Made by a program: the position numbers and the translations under genes. This document shows, in pieces, positions 60,520 through 64,000 of a DNA stretch of 64,000 nucleotides. This stretch comes from Podarcis gaigeae (taxonomy: Eukaryota): assembly GCA_964106915.2 (NCBI GenBank), contig OZ066917.1, one strand, 5' to 3'. The first letter of the stretch is position 1; each line of letters begins with the position of its first letter. Below the pieces are notes generated by a model. The model was not told the origin of the DNA. It saw nothing but the letters and a program-made list of their open reading frames with translations, and did no database searches.

Positions 60520-60812
60520 TGTGGGGATAAAGCAGAAATTCAAATCTCACACTTTCTGAAACACTATGTGAACCTAAACACAGCTGTCCTTCAAAATTCA
60601 CAGTTCTCTGAATTTTGCATTGCAGTTCTCCAGCCAGTAATGGGTACAAAAATGCAAATATGGGGGGGGGGGATACAAATGCAGTATATCAGTGAAAGTA
60701 GCATACAAAATATAGGGGAATTAGCAAAAATATTGAGAAGGCAAAATTGCAAAGGAAAATGTGTTTAATTGGAGAACTTGGTACTGAGATTCTGATAAAT
60801 TTTCATGAGATT
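60520..60812. mobile_element. AT-rich non-autonomous DNA transposon remnant
   Basis: CTCTGAATTTTGCATTGCAGTTCTCCAGCC..GCATACAAAA blocks shared with the other copies. Confidence 0.6.
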
Positions 60813-63299
60813 TAGTGGGAGACTTTCAGGTGCATACCAAAAATTTGCATTTAATTTTGCAGTTTGAAATGGATTTAAAGCACTCTCTCACCCCAGCACA
60901 ATAAATCCATCAGTGTTTTGCTGTTAGGAAAGTGATAGGTAAATTCATTGAAAAGTGTGAAATAAATGATCGATTATTGGGAAGGCATATCAGCATCAGG
61001 CAATCAGTTCAGGATGGATGTTCATTGTCATATAACCTCCCAGCAAACAAGCAAATCAGGATGAATGCTCAATAAAGAGGCTGCCTGGAGGAGTGTATTT
61101 CTCTTCCTTGTCTCTTAATCAGCTAATCAGGGATGGAAACAGTTTAATTCAGTCAAGGATGGCTTTCCCAAATGAAGATGTAACATTTAATAGGGTTCAA
61201 TAGGTTCAAATAAACATTTAACTGCATTTTTAAGCAAGATGGATTACATGGATGATAGAGGAACTGAAAAATTCAATTGACTTCTATTTAGTTATATATG
61301 TTTGGCTCTTAATAAAATATCTTTCACAATCAAGGCTACTGCTCCTAATGATATAGAAGCAGGTTTAATTGTGGGCAGGGCTCAGCAGAACTGTGTCCTG
61401 GAGTGTGCTTAGGATCAGGCTTTTATTTTATTTAGTAAAATCCAAACACCACTTGATAGCGGGGGGGGCGGGGTGGAGAGAGAACACCCCAGAGCAGTTT
61501 ACAAATGGGCATAAATTGAGGCCATGGTACATGGGGAAATGGTTAATGCCACACACACCCTGTGCCATTGCCCTGATACAAAGGCAGCCCCTGGCTGGCT
61601 TTGTCAAGAAAAAATGTATTTAACATACAACCACACACCTACAGTATTACACTGACTTTACCTGCAAGAAAAAGTCACGTTCAGTGGGGATTCGTGAAAA
61701 TGGGGTCTCCATCTTGTGAGAGCAGAAGCACTTTTCACTATGGCAAAGCAACCACTGGCTAAAGCCCACAGGGTATCTTTTCCTTCTAACAGCCTTGCAG
61801 TACCACACATCCAGAATTGTGGAACAAAGCTTCCAGATCAGACAGCATGGCTTAAAGGAAGAAGAAGAAACCATTGTTTAGAAACTAATTACTCTGCTAA
61901 CCGATGCAACTCCATTTAGACTAATAAAGAATAATTTACTTTGCTCCTAATATCCCCCCCCCCCCGGTATCAATGAGTCATTCAATGACATTACCAGAAA
62001 ATTGTGAATTAGCTATCATGTCTAGTTCTGATATGGTGCCAGTCACAGAATCCTCAGGAGACAAACTGGACACTCCACTGGCCGAACACCTTGAGGAGCA
62101 GGGAGGATCTCTGACTCCAATGCTGAGGATCTCCTTGAGGGGCCCTCTGTGTTGATACCCAAGGAAGAACCTCTGGAAATGTCAATGGAGCAGGTGGAAC
62201 CCACCACACCTTGACCTCAAAAGCACCGGAAGCTTCTGGTCAAGGCCAAAGAGGGATGGCACATTACATTACATAGGTGCCAGGAAAAAACATTTGCTTT
62301 CTCCCAGACTTTAGGCAAATTATACAATCTATGGCCTAATAAACTGAATGGGGGGTATCGTTTTTGTTTGTTGTTATGGTATGTATTTTTGTTACTGTGG
62401 TATGCATTTTTGTGTTTTTATATTTTAAACTGCCCTGTAATCTTAAATAAATTAATAAGGGCCCAGAGTAAGGTGTCTACTCATGAGCAAGCAGTCCCTG
62501 ATACTCTTTCATTGCCAGCAGCTGGCAATTACAATAGAAAATCCCTATCTATTTAGAAAATAGATTTTATGAGACAGCTTTTGTACCAATACAAATGAGC
62601 TTTGTTGTAAGTTTGCTGATAAGCAATTGTAGATGAACAAGAAAAAATAGAAATAATTTTCATCCACAATGCCTAGTCATGCCTGCAGTGAACACTAGGT
62701 AAGGTTTTCAAACTAATGCATAAAATAGTGAAGACAATAAACATTAAATGTTAATATTAATGGTAATGGAAATCATCGTTACATTAAAAGATTGCAGACT
62801 TGCTTCTAACGCACAGTTGCAGCAGTTTTTATGTCACTGCAATTTGTCCCTTTAATATATAAAACTGTATAAAGCTACCATTTAGTCAAGTGAAAAAAAC
62901 AGTACAGTCTTCTAGGCTGCAACATGGTATCATATAGTGGCTTCTTAATTATAAGGAGGAAGTAAAAAAATCTGCTGCCAGTCTATTCAGTTGAAGTGAC
63001 AACTGTTTTGATTTGTGGAAGTTTAAGCAAATGCTTTTCAATTTATTCTAAAATGTAAACACCCTACAGAGTGCTTTATTTATTTTTCGTTTTTTACAAA
63101 CATAGCAGAAAAGGGAATTTTTCTTCTTGATTACTGGTTGAAATCTGTTATCAGTATGAGAAATATAAAACACACTTCCCATGATAACATAATGCTACAC
63201 GTACAGAGTAACCCTATGCAAATCAACTCATATATAAGCTGCCCTGACTTCACTGTACTGAGACTTACTCCTAGGTAAGTGTGTACAGAACTGCAGGCA

Positions 63300-63552
63300 G
63301 AGACGGGCAAATCTATCATTTTCTCATTTTTTCCAGTCTTCACATTTCCACAGCACTGATTTATTTATTTTTTTAAAGTCCCCATGAAAATTCATCAGCA
63401 TTTTAATTTCCACAAGCTATTATGCCTACCACAACAACCTACATGCCTACCGCAAACCAATTTCTGATAACACAATGCATTTTTGACCATCATTTCCACT
63501 AATATGTGATTTTTTTAATGCAGACCTTACCCTAGTATATTATTATTATTAC

Positions 63553-63586
<34 letters not shown>

Positions 63587-63720
63587 TACACATTCCTTAG
63601 CTGAAGAACTGCAGGACAAAATTCAGCTGGTGTTACTTCCAAAGGATTTCTGTTCTTGCTTCAGAAAGTGTGGATTAAAGTAGGTTTGCCTTTAAATGCA
63701 AATTGAACAGAATTGAGAGC
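63300..63720. mobile_element. AT-rich non-autonomous DNA transposon remnant (antisense) containing (TTA)n at ~63539-63585
   Basis: Reverse complement of the same family blocks. Confidence 0.55.
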
Positions 63721-64000
63721 TGAGTGACAAGCAATCCTAGCGCCATGATATTTGCTGCTGGGAGACATCAGAAGACAGGCAAGGTGCCCGTCCGGCAGAG
63801 ATGCCACTGTGCCCATGGAAAGTGTGGAAGGTAGAAGGCTACTCCTGACCATGTTCCAACCACAGGAACAATCACAAGCCGTCCAAATGTGTCATTATAA
63901 GGGTAGAGGCAGACCCAGCTCTGGGTGCTCTGCATGTAAAATTGTGCCATTCCCAGAGGGAGGGGTAATGGGGGCTTGGACCGGAGCTGACTTAATGGTA

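Noticed and set aside
1-64000. CRISPR arrays, operon-like systems or endogenous non-retroviral viral genes
   Set aside because: No regularly spaced repeat-spacer array and no long viral-like ORFs; the sequence is vertebrate non-coding DNA.

Overview
Vertebrate DNA, almost certainly a squamate and probably a lacertid lizard, judged from its repeats: Sauria/Squam1 SINEs, Squam2/Squam3-like SINEs, Bov-B, L2, CR1, L1, RTE and Penelope retroelements, and many hAT, pogo/Tc1-mariner and PIF/Harbinger MITEs. It looks intergenic or intronic. I found no intact protein-coding gene, structural RNA gene or CRISPR array, and nearly all listed ORFs are chance or repeat-derived. The main non-repeat signal is a decayed, TE-interrupted coding relic on + at about 3.1-6.5 kb. 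Its fragments line up in order with the CSPG (NG2/Cadherin_3) repeats of a CSPG4-family proteoglycan; this was aligned by eye from memory and needs a search to confirm. Other notable items: a 278-bp Penelope-type insertion with a 13-bp TSD and a minimal hammerhead ribozyme; a perfect 46-bp inverted duplication without TSD; three-level MITE nesting; a CR1-tail micro-insertion inside an RTE fragment; a 27-bp exact repeat 50 kb apart; two canonical RFX X-boxes; and several repeat-free, enhancer-like blocks. Repeat family names come from recognition, not database searches. I do not see a new multi-gene system here.
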